This document shows, one piece after another, positions 38,542 to 48,900 of a stretch of DNA of 64,000 nt. This stretch comes from Auanema rhodensis. Taxonomy: Eukaryota > Animalia > Nematoda. The DNA lies in NCBI GenBank assembly GCA_964057225.1, contig OZ059898.1, forward strand, positions 11,284,001-11,348,000. The letters are read 5' to 3'. The notes below the pieces were generated by a model. It searched no databases. It was given only the letters and a program-made list of their open reading frames with translations, and had not been told where the DNA came from. The position numbers were made by a program, and so were the translations under genes. The stretch's first letter is position 1; each line of letters begins with the position of its first letter.

Positions 38542-41500
38542 CTCGGACATGACTGCTTGTAGAAGGAATATACTTTACAGTTAAAGTGATAGACGCAATG
38601 ATGTCGTACTTTTTGGAATAAGATCAAAAAGGATCAAAAAATTGATTTATCATGCAAAATATTCGCAGTCAGCAGGATTCGAACCTACGCGGGCAGAGCC
38701 CAATTGATTTCTAGTAAATCTCCTTAACCACTCGGACATGACTGCTTGTTGAAGGAATATACTTTACAGTTAAAGTGATAGACGCAATGATCTCGTACTT
38801 TTTGGAATAAGATCAAAAGGGATCAAAAAATTGAATTCTCATGCAAAATATTCGCAGTCAGCAGGATTCGAACCTACGCGGGCAGAGCCCAATTGATTTC
38901 TAGTCAATCTCCTTAACCACTCGGACATGACTGCTTGTAGAAGGAATATACTTTACAGTGAAAGTGATAGACGCAATGATCTCGTACTTTTTGGAATAAG
39001 ATCAAAAGGGATCAAAAAATTGATTTCTCATGCAAAATATTCGCAGTCAGCAGGATTCGAACCTACGCGGGCAGAGCCCAATTGATTTCTAGTCAATCTC
39101 CTTAACCACTCGGACATGACTGCTTGTAGAAGGAATATACTTCACAGTTAAAGTGATAGACGCAATGATCTCGTACTTATTGGAATTAGATCAAAAAGCA
39201 TCAAAAAAATGATTTCTCATGCAAAATATTCGCAGTCAGCACGATTCGAACCTACGCGGGCAGAGCCCAATTGATTTCTAGTCAATCTCCTTAACCACTC
39301 GGACATGACTGCTTGTAGAAGGAATATACTTCACAGTTAAAGTGATAGACGCAATGATTTCGTACATATTTGAATTAGATCAAAAAGCATCAAAAAATTG
39401 ATTTCTCATGCAAAATATTCGCAGTCAGCAGGATTCGAACCTACGCGGGCAGAGCCCAATTGATTTCTAGTCAATCTCCTTAACCACTCGGACATGACTG
39501 CTTGTAGAAGGAATATACTTTACAGTTGAACTGATAGACGCAATGATTTCGTACATATAGGAATTAGATCAAAAAGCATCAAAAAATTGATTTATCATGC
39601 AAAATATTCGCAGTCAGCAGGATTCGAACCTACGCGGGCAGAGCCCAATTGATTTCTAGTCAATCTCCTTAACCACTCGGACATGACTGCTTGTAGAAGG
39701 AATATACTATACAGTTCAAGTGATAGACGCAATGATCTCGCACTTTTTGGAATAAGATCAAAAAGGATCAAAAAATTGATTTATCATGCAAAATATTCGC
39801 AGTCAGCAGGATTCGAACCTACGCGGGCAGAGCCCAATTGATTTCTAGTCAATCTCCTTAACCACTCGGACATGACTGCTTGTAGAAGGAATATACTTTA
39901 CAGTTAAAGTGATAGACGCAATGATTTCGTACATATAGGAATTAGATCAAAAAGCATCAAAAAATTGATTTATCATGCAAAATATTCGCAGTCAGCAGGA
40001 TTCGAACCTACGCGGGCAGAGCCCAATTGATTTCTAGTCAATCTCCTTAACCACTCGGACATGACTGCTTGTAGAAGGAATATACTATACAGTTCAAGTG
40101 ATAGACGCAATGATCTCGTACTTTTTGGAATAAGATCAAAAAGGATCAAAAAATTGATTTATCATGCAAAATATTCGCAGTCAGCAGGATTCGAACCTAC
40201 GCGGGCAGAGCCCAATTGATTTCTAGTCAATCTCCTTAACCACTCGGACATGACTGCTTGTAGAAGGAATATACTTTACAGTTAAAGTGATAGACGCAAT
40301 GATTTCGTACATATAGGAATTAGATCAAAAAGCATCAAAAAATTGATTTATCATGCAAAATATTCGCAGTCAGCAGGATTCGAACCTACGCGGGCAGAGC
40401 CCAATTGATTTCTAGTCAATCTCCTTAACCACTCGGACATGACTGCTTGTAGAAGGAATATACTTTACAGTTAAAGTGATAGACGCAATGATCTCGTACT
40501 TTTTGGAATAACATCAAAAAGGATCAAAAAATTGATTTATCATGCAAAATATTCGCAGTCAGCAGGATTCGAACCTACGCGGGCAGAGCCCAATTGATTT
40601 CTAGTAAATCTCCTTAACCACTCGGACATGACTGCTTGTAGAAGGAATATACTTTACAGTTAAAGTGATAGACGCAATGATCTCGTACTTTTTGGAATAA
40701 GATCAAAAGGGATCAAAAAATTGAATTCTCATGCAAAATATTCGCAGTCAGCAGGATTCGAACCTACGCGGGCAGAGCCCAATTGATTTCTAGTCAATCT
40801 CCTTAACCACTCGGACATGACTGCTTGTAGAAGGAATATACTTTACAGTTAAAGTGATAGACGCAATGATCTCGTACTTTTTGGAATTAGATCAAAAGGG
40901 ATCAAAAAATTGATTTATCATGCAAAATATTCGCAGTCAGCAGGATTCGAACATACGCGGGCAGAGCCCAATTGATTTCTAGTCAATCTCCTTAACCACT
41001 CGGACATGACTGCTTGTAGAAGGAATATACTTTACAGTTAAAGTGATAGACGCAATGATTTCGTACTTTTTGGAATAAGATCAAAAAGGATCAAAAAATT
41101 GATTTATCATGCAAAATATTCGCAGTCAGCAGGATTCGAACATACGCGGGCAGAGCCCAATTGATTTCTAGTCAATCTCCTTAACCACTCGGACATGACT
41201 GCTTGTAGAAGGAATATACTTTACAGTTAAAGTGATAGACGCAATGATTTCGTACATATAGGAATTAGATCAAAAAGCATCAAAAAATTGATTTATCATG
41301 CAAAATATTCGCAGTCAGCAGGATTCGAACCTACGCGGGCAGAGCCCAATTGATTTCTAGTCAATCTCCTTAACCACTCGGACATGACTGCTTGTAGAAG
41401 GAATATACTGTAAAGTTAAAGTGATAGACGCAATGATCTCGTACTTTTTGGAATAAGATCAAATGGGATCAAAAAATTGATTTGTCATGCAAAATATTCG

Positions 41501-41909
41501 CAGTCAGCAGGATTCGAACCTACGCGGGCAGAGCCCAATTGATTTCTAGTCAATCTCCTTAACCACTCGGACATGACTGCTTGTAGAAGGAATATACTTT
41601 ACAGTTGAAGTGATAGACGCAATGATTTCGTACATATTTGAATTAGATCAAAAAGCATCAAAAAATTGATTTCTCATGCAAAATATTCGCAGTCAGCAGG
41701 ATTCGAACCTACGCGGGCAGAGCCCAATTGATTTCTAGTCAATCTCCTTAACCACTCGGACATGACTGCTTGTAGAAGGAATATACTTTACAGTTAAAGT
41801 GATAGACGCAATGATGTCGTACTTTTTGGAATAAGATCAAAAGGGATCAAAAAATTCATTTCTCATGCAAAATATTCGCAGTCAGCAGGATTCGAACCTA
41901 CGCGGGCAG
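38542..41909 (-). repeat. tRNA-Ser(AGA) array block C (inverted): 17 full-length genes plus two fragments
   Basis: Fragment nt 1-15 at 38542-38556; full genes at 38664-38745 +189n; fragment 41877-41909 cut by the BEL element. Confidence 0.96.
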
Positions 41910-42100
41910 TATCGCGAATGCGATTATTGCGGCATTGATCTTGCTGGTCCACAATCCCCGACATAGAACTCAGTGAACTGCCCACTCATTTACGATCCAG
42001 GCGAGACTGCATAGATCGGTTAAACAACATTCAGAAAAGACTTGACAAATTTTGGCAACGATGGCATAATGAATATGTCGTCGCCCTTCGAGCAACACAC

Positions 42101-44956
42101 ATGTTGGATCACAAGCAGGGACATTTCTCCACAGCTACACCAAAAGTAGGCACAGTAGTGCTAATATCAGATGACAATACGAAACGAAACCAGTGGAAAA
42201 TGGGTTTAATAACAAGCATACAGAACACGGAATCTGTGAGAGTTGCAGAAGTCCGTACATCTGATGGACACAAACTATTTAGACCCATCAATCGCCTGAT
42301 TCCCCTTGAAATTCCTTCCGACAACGAGCATCATACGGAAAACAGGCATACGCAGTCCCCACACAAATCAGACAAAACTGTCACGTTTAAAGAACCTCCA
42401 GAGGTCATTTTACTCGATAACGAAGTATCCACCGTTGTGGAAACCAGCACATCGACCGGACCCAATACAACTGAAAACGTGATAGACCCAAACGTTATCA
42501 CTATCAACGATGATGATGACATCGAAGTGATCACCATTGCAGATGATGAAGGTGAAAATGAACCACAACCTCGAAAACGACGACGTCTCCCCAGTTACAC
42601 ACATTTTTTCATAGCCATGATACTGGGTATTCTCGTCAATCCAATGTCCGCAACCAACATCTGCCAGTTCTCTTGCATCAAAGGAAGAGTAGGCATATCA
42701 AACTGCGGTACTGGACATCCCATCCGAGTTTGTGCCCGGGAAACATGTGTAGAGTACACCCCAAATACTCCCAACTTCACCATAGTATTTCCGGCTCATG
42801 TTGTATTGCATGACCACACATTCATCTCACGACATATTATCGATAAAAATGACACATTTGCATTGCATCAACTTGATTGTCCAGCAACTCCGTTTTGCGA
42901 TATGATTCAATGTCTGTTCTGTCTTGAACTACTCCACAACCCATCTTGTTTCCCATACGCAGCACTCTCGGCGACCGCACTCATCATATGGCTCATTCTA
43001 TTTAGCATTCTTTTAAGCATCATAGTCATTCGAATTTGTTCTAAAAAATTTGTTCATATTGCACAATACACCCTTTTTTCCGTTTGGCGTATGATCACTC
43101 AATGTCTCCCCTCTCATATAAGATCTCATATCTCTATTCAGGAAGAACGATCGGTACTCGAGTACGTCCCGCTCAGTTCTCACAAGCTACCTCGATGGCA
43201 GAAGTCTACACCCTCACAACGATCACGACAACGTGACCGATTAGTTCACCGAGTCGGGTATCTTTTTGTTGCAATAATCGTCATTTTTTTGATTGAATCT
43301 CTTGTAGTTAATGCATGTACTATTGTTCCTCCGAGTATATCACATGTTCCAGGCAACTCCGTCTCGAACTTATCACCTACCCACCAAGTCAACCAAGTCA
43401 GCAGCTCCACCACCCTCCATACTTACGATAATGAGGTATGTTTTACAACTTCACATTCAAACCGATCATACGCCAATCCCCTCACGAACTCACACCTGCG
43501 CATCAAACTTATGTATACACGTATACTGTGCACGAAAGTATCCTTATTTTTTACACGTCACACCATCGTAAAAACTGAATCCGCAAAACGGTGTCCCCAT
43601 ATGGGCTCTTGTGTAGGATTGTTTTGTGCGAACGTTCGACCCAATACATCAATCTCAGAACTCTCATTAGCCAACCAATATCCAGGTACCAGCTATTGTT
43701 CAGAAAGCTGTGGATTTCTATCATGCGGTTGTGCGTTGCCAACTTCTGGTTGTCTCTTCTATCGCAACTTTCATGTTCCCAATGACAATATCACCCACGA
43801 AGTTTTCTACTGCTCACGATGGACACCTAGGGTTTTTCTCCAGATTAGCATCCATACAGCTATTGCGAACAAAACTGAAACGATCTCGCACGTCCCCTTT
43901 TTACCACACTCTACAAAAGTCATTAACGGGTACCATATTACTCTTGGGAGAATAACATATTCTGATAATGAAATCCTCCATAGAAGATACATTACTTCCA
44001 ACTCGAGAATTGCAGTTTTACCTCACTCTGCTACAATTTCATACTCGTGCGGAAAAGTTAAAACCGCTGACCCATTCTCCGAATGTACTGCAACAGACAC
44101 ATGTTCATGCAGACCAGCCGAAACAGTCGAAAATTGCTATTGTCAGGACAACAATCCTAACAAGCTCTATACTAATAACTACACCCTACCATTATCTCTT
44201 CCATCTCTGACCATGATCCCAAAAAACAATCTCATTTTTGCTCATCCCATAAGCGCTGTTGACATTAAAATGTGGACAAATATCTCAGATGTCACTTATG
44301 AATACGACAATAGTCCTACTATTTGCGAGCTAAAATCCAAAGACCTAGTTGGATGTTTTGACTGTGTTACTGGAGCAACAACAATCATTACTTGCATCAG
44401 TACATCATCCCACATTCGAATTTCGTGCGACGATGAAGAATTTCTGCTTACATGCAATTCTCAGGGTTACAACAACTCTATTCGCATACAGAGCAATTTT
44501 TCAACACCGTCTATAACGTGTACTCATCCGTGTACTTCCGCCACATTACATCTCAAAGGCAACTTGTACTACGTGAACGAATACATAGGTTTTGAACAGT
44601 CCACTCATCAGATTACAAACAGTTCATTCAGTCTCCTGAACGTCGAGTTTACCATACCGAGCTTTTTTGTACCCACTCACTTAATCAACTCACTTGTTTC
44701 GTTTTACTCGGACTACCTTAAAACGATTGTAATACTATTGAGTGTTTTGATCACAGTACTCGGCTTTGTAACCGCCGTAATTGACCGCGTCTTCCAGTTG
44801 TCAAGTACACCCGCTCTCTTAGCATATTTACCCATACAAATACTTATTATCTTCGCAATTCCTTTTCGCATCATTTTTTTCACAATTCATTTGTTGTTCA
44901 AGATTGTAGTTCGAGCCAGTCATAGCGCAGTGGCTAAAGGTACACACTCTCAGTGA
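42101..44956 (+). CDS. Integrase C-terminal remnant fused to phlebovirus-like Gn/Gc envelope glycoprotein (951 aa)
   Basis: PKVGTVVLI...RNQWKMG...RPINRLIPLE (BEL pol end), signal-like segment, Cys-rich ectodomain with TM, second signal, Gc-type KRCPHMGSC...YPGTSYCSESCGFLSCGCALPTSGCLFYR, GCFDCVTGA and C-terminal TM. Confidence 0.9.
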   Translation: MLDHKQGHFSTATPKVGTVVLISDDNTKRNQWKMGLITSIQNTESVRVAEVRTSDGHKLFRPINRLIPLEIPSDNEHHTENRHTQSPHKSDKTVTFKEPPEVILLDNEVSTVVETSTSTGPNTTENVIDPNVITINDDDDIEVITIADDEGENEPQPRKRRRLPSYTHFFIAMILGILVNPMSATNICQFSCIKGRVGISNCGTGHPIRVCARETCVEYTPNTPNFTIVFPAHVVLHDHTFISRHIIDKNDTFALHQLDCPATPFCDMIQCLFCLELLHNPSCFPYAALSATALIIWLILFSILLSIIVIRICSKKFVHIAQYTLFSVWRMITQCLPSHIRSHISIQEERSVLEYVPLSSHKLPRWQKSTPSQRSRQRDRLVHRVGYLFVAIIVIFLIESLVVNACTIVPPSISHVPGNSVSNLSPTHQVNQVSSSTTLHTYDNEVCFTTSHSNRSYANPLTNSHLRIKLMYTRILCTKVSLFFTRHTIVKTESAKRCPHMGSCVGLFCANVRPNTSISELSLANQYPGTSYCSESCGFLSCGCALPTSGCLFYRNFHVPNDNITHEVFYCSRWTPRVFLQISIHTAIANKTETISHVPFLPHSTKVINGYHITLGRITYSDNEILHRRYITSNSRIAVLPHSATISYSCGKVKTADPFSECTATDTCSCRPAETVENCYCQDNNPNKLYTNNYTLPLSLPSLTMIPKNNLIFAHPISAVDIKMWTNISDVTYEYDNSPTICELKSKDLVGCFDCVTGATTIITCISTSSHIRISCDDEEFLLTCNSQGYNNSIRIQSNFSTPSITCTHPCTSATLHLKGNLYYVNEYIGFEQSTHQITNSSFSLLNVEFTIPSFFVPTHLINSLVSFYSDYLKTIVILLSVLITVLGFVTAVIDRVFQLSSTPALLAYLPIQILIIFAIPFRIIFFTIHLLFKIVVRASHSAVAKGTHSQ

Positions 44957-45093
44957 TTGATGACGGGTTCAATACCCAGTGAGTCCTCGATTTATTTTCT
45001 CGATTTCTTAGTTCCCTATCATAGCAAACGATTGTTCAATTTGATTTACACCAATCCTACACAATTTATCATTTCGCCGGGGGGAGGTATACT

Positions 45094-45513
45094 ATGTATA
45101 AAAACCATCATTATTTCAGTCTTGATAACATCAAAGAATGGAGCGATTCCCTTGATCAACTCCAGGATAACGGCAACGCAAAGATGCCTAACAAAAGTCA
45201 GAATATGTCTGCACCAAAAAAGCAGAACAACTCTAAAGTGAAGTACAGAAAAATGGAAGAAGACATGAAATGTCAACTCTGTTGGAAGAAGGGCCACACC
45301 ATGGGAAAATGCACAGTCTACAAGACTGCAGCACAACGCGTCAAGCGTTGCAAGTTGATCAACATGTGCTTGAAGTGTTTGCGGAACCACTTTGGAAAAC
45401 CGTGTGTGGAGAAGATGAAGAAAATATGTCATGTGTGCAAAGGAAGCGGACTGGACCACGATCATCCTGGTGTATTATGCAAGCTGCAGTTTGCGGAGGA
45501 ATTAGCAGAATGA
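45094..45513 (+). CDS. Stand-alone basic protein with three BEL-Gag-type Cys/His knuckles (139 aa)
   Basis: CQLCWKKGHTMGKC, CLKCLRNHFGKPC and CHVCKGSGLDHDHPGVLC in the arrangement typical of BEL/Pao nucleocapsid; lies between env and the 3' LTR. The 5' end may be spliced. Confidence 0.75.
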   Translation: MYKNHHYFSLDNIKEWSDSLDQLQDNGNAKMPNKSQNMSAPKKQNNSKVKYRKMEEDMKCQLCWKKGHTMGKCTVYKTAAQRVKRCKLINMCLKCLRNHFGKPCVEKMKKICHVCKGSGLDHDHPGVLCKLQFAEELAE

Positions 45514-45546
45514 AATCAGTTCTGATTTCTCTCTCCTGGCCCGGAA

Positions 45547-45961
45547 TATCGCGAATGCGATTATTCATCATTCAATCGATGCAATCTCATCACGTTGGCT
45601 GATGAGATTCACGGGCACTCTGTTTTATACCACCGTCGCGGACGGTCGCTTTTCTCTCTCCTCGTTGCTGTCTTTATCTTATGACTCATCTAGTCTGAAC
45701 CACCGTTTTATCCTTGTCCTTTAGTAAGACTATCTCTAGTCTCATTAGTGATGTATATCTAGTCTTATTACATTCACTCTAGTCTTCTATGTACTTTATC
45801 TAGTCTTATTATATATCTTCTAGTCCTTATATTCTGTATTATGTATATCTGAATGGCATATGAATGAATCTTTCTTCCTCTAATAGTCTTTTACGTTAAC
45901 AGGGCATAGAATAGAAAGTGTGAACCTGGGAGGCTATTTGAAAAGCCCTCTATCTTCAAAA
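45547..45961 (+). repeat. BEL/Pao 3' LTR (415 bp)
   Basis: Start defined by the 19-bp match to the element 5' end; end defined by the TSD. Confidence 0.85.
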
Positions 45962-48900
45962 GGCAGAGCCCAATTGATTTCTAGTCAATCTCCTTAACCA
46001 CTCGGACATGACTGCTTGTAGAATGAATACACTTTACAGTTAAAGTGATAGACGCAATGATCTCGTACTTTTTGGAATAAGATCAAAAGGGATCAAAAAA
46101 TTGATTTCTCATGCAAAATATTCGCAGTCAGCAGGATTCGAACCTACGCGGGCAGAGCCCAATTGATTTCTAGTCAATCTCCTTAACCACTCGGACATGA
46201 CTGCTTGTAGAAGGAATATACTTCACAGTTCAAGTGATAGACGCAATGATCTCGTACTTTTTGGAATAAGATCAAAAGGGATCAAAAAATTCATTTCTCA
46301 TGCAAAATATTCGCAGTCAGCAGGATTCGAACCTACGCGGGCAGAGCCCAATTGATTTCTAGTCAATCTCCTTAACCACTCGGACATGACTGCTTGTAGA
46401 AGGAATATACTTTACAGTTAAAGTGATAGACGCAATGATCTCGTACTTTTTGGAATAAGATCAAAAGGGATCAAAAAATTGATTTCTCATGCAAAATATT
46501 CGCAGTCAGCAGGATTCGAACCTACGCGGGCAGAGCCCAATTGATTTCTAGTCAATCTCCTTAACCACTCGGACATGACTGCTTGTAGAAGGAATATACT
46601 TTACAGTTAAAGTGATAGACGCAATGATGTCGTACTTTTTGGAATAAGATCAAAAGGGATCAAAAAATTCATTTCTCATGCAAAATATTCGCAGTCAGCA
46701 GGATTCGAACCTACGCGGGCAGAGCCCAATTGATTTCTAGTCAATCTCCTTAACCACTCGGACATGACTGCTTGTAGAATGAATACACTTTACAGTTAAA
46801 GTGATAGACGCAATGATCTCGTACTTTTTGGAATAAGATCAAAAGGGATCAAAAAATTGATTTCTCATGCAAAATATTCGCAGTCAGCAGGATTCGAACC
46901 TACGCGGGCAGAGCAAAATTGATTTCTAGTCAATCTCCTTAACCACTCGGACATGACTGCTTGTAGAAGGAATATACTTTACAGTTAAAGTGATAGACGC
47001 AATGATCTCGTACTTTTTGGAATAAGATCAAAAGGGATCAAAAAATTGATTTCTCATGCAAAATATTCGCAGTCAGCAGGATTCGAACCTACGCGGGCAG
47101 AGCCCAATTGATTTCTAGTCAATCTCCTTAACCACTCGGACATGACTGCTTGTAGAAGGAATATACTTTACAGTTAAAGTGATAGACGCAATGATCTCGT
47201 ACTTTTTGGAATAAGATCAAAAGGGATCAAAAAATTGATTTCTCATGCAAAATATTCGCAGTCAGCAGGATTCGAACCTACGCGGGCAGAGCCCAATTGA
47301 TTTCTAGTCAATCTCCTTAACCACTCGGACATGACTGCTTGTAGAAGGAATATACTTTACAGTTAAAGTGATAGACGCAATGATGTCGTACTTTTTGGAA
47401 TAAGATCAAAAGGGATCAAAAAATTGATTTCTCATGCAAAATATTCGCAGTCAGCAGGATTCGAACCTACGCGGGCAGAGCCCAATTGATTTCTAGTCAA
47501 TCTCCTTAACCACTCGGACATGACTGCTTGTAGAAGGAATATACTTTACAGTTAAAGTGATAGACGCAATGATCTCGTACTTTTTGGAATAAGATCAAAA
47601 GGGATCAAAAAATTGATTTCTCATGCAAAATATTCGCAGTCAGCAGGATTCGAACCTACGCGGGCAGAGCCCAATTGATTTCTAGTCAATCTCCTTAACC
47701 ACTCGGACATGACTGCTTGTAGAAGGAATATACTTTACAGTTAAAGTGATAGACGCAATGATGTCGTACTTTTTGGAATAAGATCAAAAGGGATCAAAAA
47801 ATTGATTTCTCATGCAAAATATTCGCAGTCAGCAGGATTCGAACCTACGCGGGCAGAGCCCAATTGATTTCTAGTCAATCTCCTTAACCACTCGGACATG
47901 ACTGCTTGTAAAAGGAATATACTTTACAGTTAAAGTGAGAGACGCAATGATCTCGTACTTTTTGGAATAAGATCAAAAGGGATCAAAAAATTCATTTCTC
48001 ATGCAAAATATTCGCAGTCAGCAGGATTCGAACCTACGCGGGCAGAGCCCAATTGATTTCTAGTCAATCTCCTTAACCACTCGGACATGACTGCTTGTAG
48101 AAGGAATATACTTTACAGTTAAAGTGATAGACGCAATGATCTCGTACTTTTTGGAATAAGATCAAAAGGGATCAAAAAATTAATTTCTCATGCAAAATAT
48201 TCGCAGTCAGCAGGATTCGAACCTACGCGGGCAGAGCCCAATTGATTTCTAGTCAATCTCCTTAACCACTCGGACATGACTGCTTGTAGAAGGAATATAC
48301 TTTACAGTTGAAGTGATAGACGCAATGATTTCGTACATATTAGAATTAGATCAAAAAGCATCAAAAAATTGATTTGTCATGCAAAATATTCGCAGTCAGC
48401 AGGATTCGAACCTACGCGGGCAGAGCCCAATTGATTTCTAGTCAATCTCCTTAACCACTCGGACATGACTGCTTGTAGAATGAATATACTTTACAGTTAA
48501 AGTGATAGACGCAATGATCTCGTACTTTTTGGAATAAGATATAGATGGGATCAAAAAATTGATTTCTCATGCAAAATATTCGCAGTCAGCAGGATTCGAA
48601 CCTACGCGGGCAGAGCCCAACTGATTTCTAGTCAATCTCCTTAACCACTCGGACATGACTGCTTGTAGAAGGTATATACTTTACAGTTAAAGTGATAGAC
48701 GCAATGATCTCGTACTTTTTGGAATAAGATCAAAAGGGATCAAAAAATTGATTTCTCATGCAAAATATTCGCAGTCAGCAGGATTCGAACCTACGCGGGC
48801 AGAGCCCAATTGATTTCTAGTCAATCTCCTTAACCACTCGGACATGACTGCTTGTAGAAGGAATATACTTCACAGTTAAAGTGATAGACGCAATGATCTC

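Larger units (their letters stand above)
41910..45961 (+). mobile_element. Internally deleted BEL/Pao LTR retrotransposon with envelope gene
   Basis: 5-bp TSD GGCAG (41905-41909 and 45962-45966). The first 19 bp TATCGCGAATGCGATTATT recur at 45547-45565 (LTR start). Integrase remnant CGIDLAGP at 41928-41951, then the DUF5641-type motif FWQRWHNEYVVALR. Confidence 0.92.
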
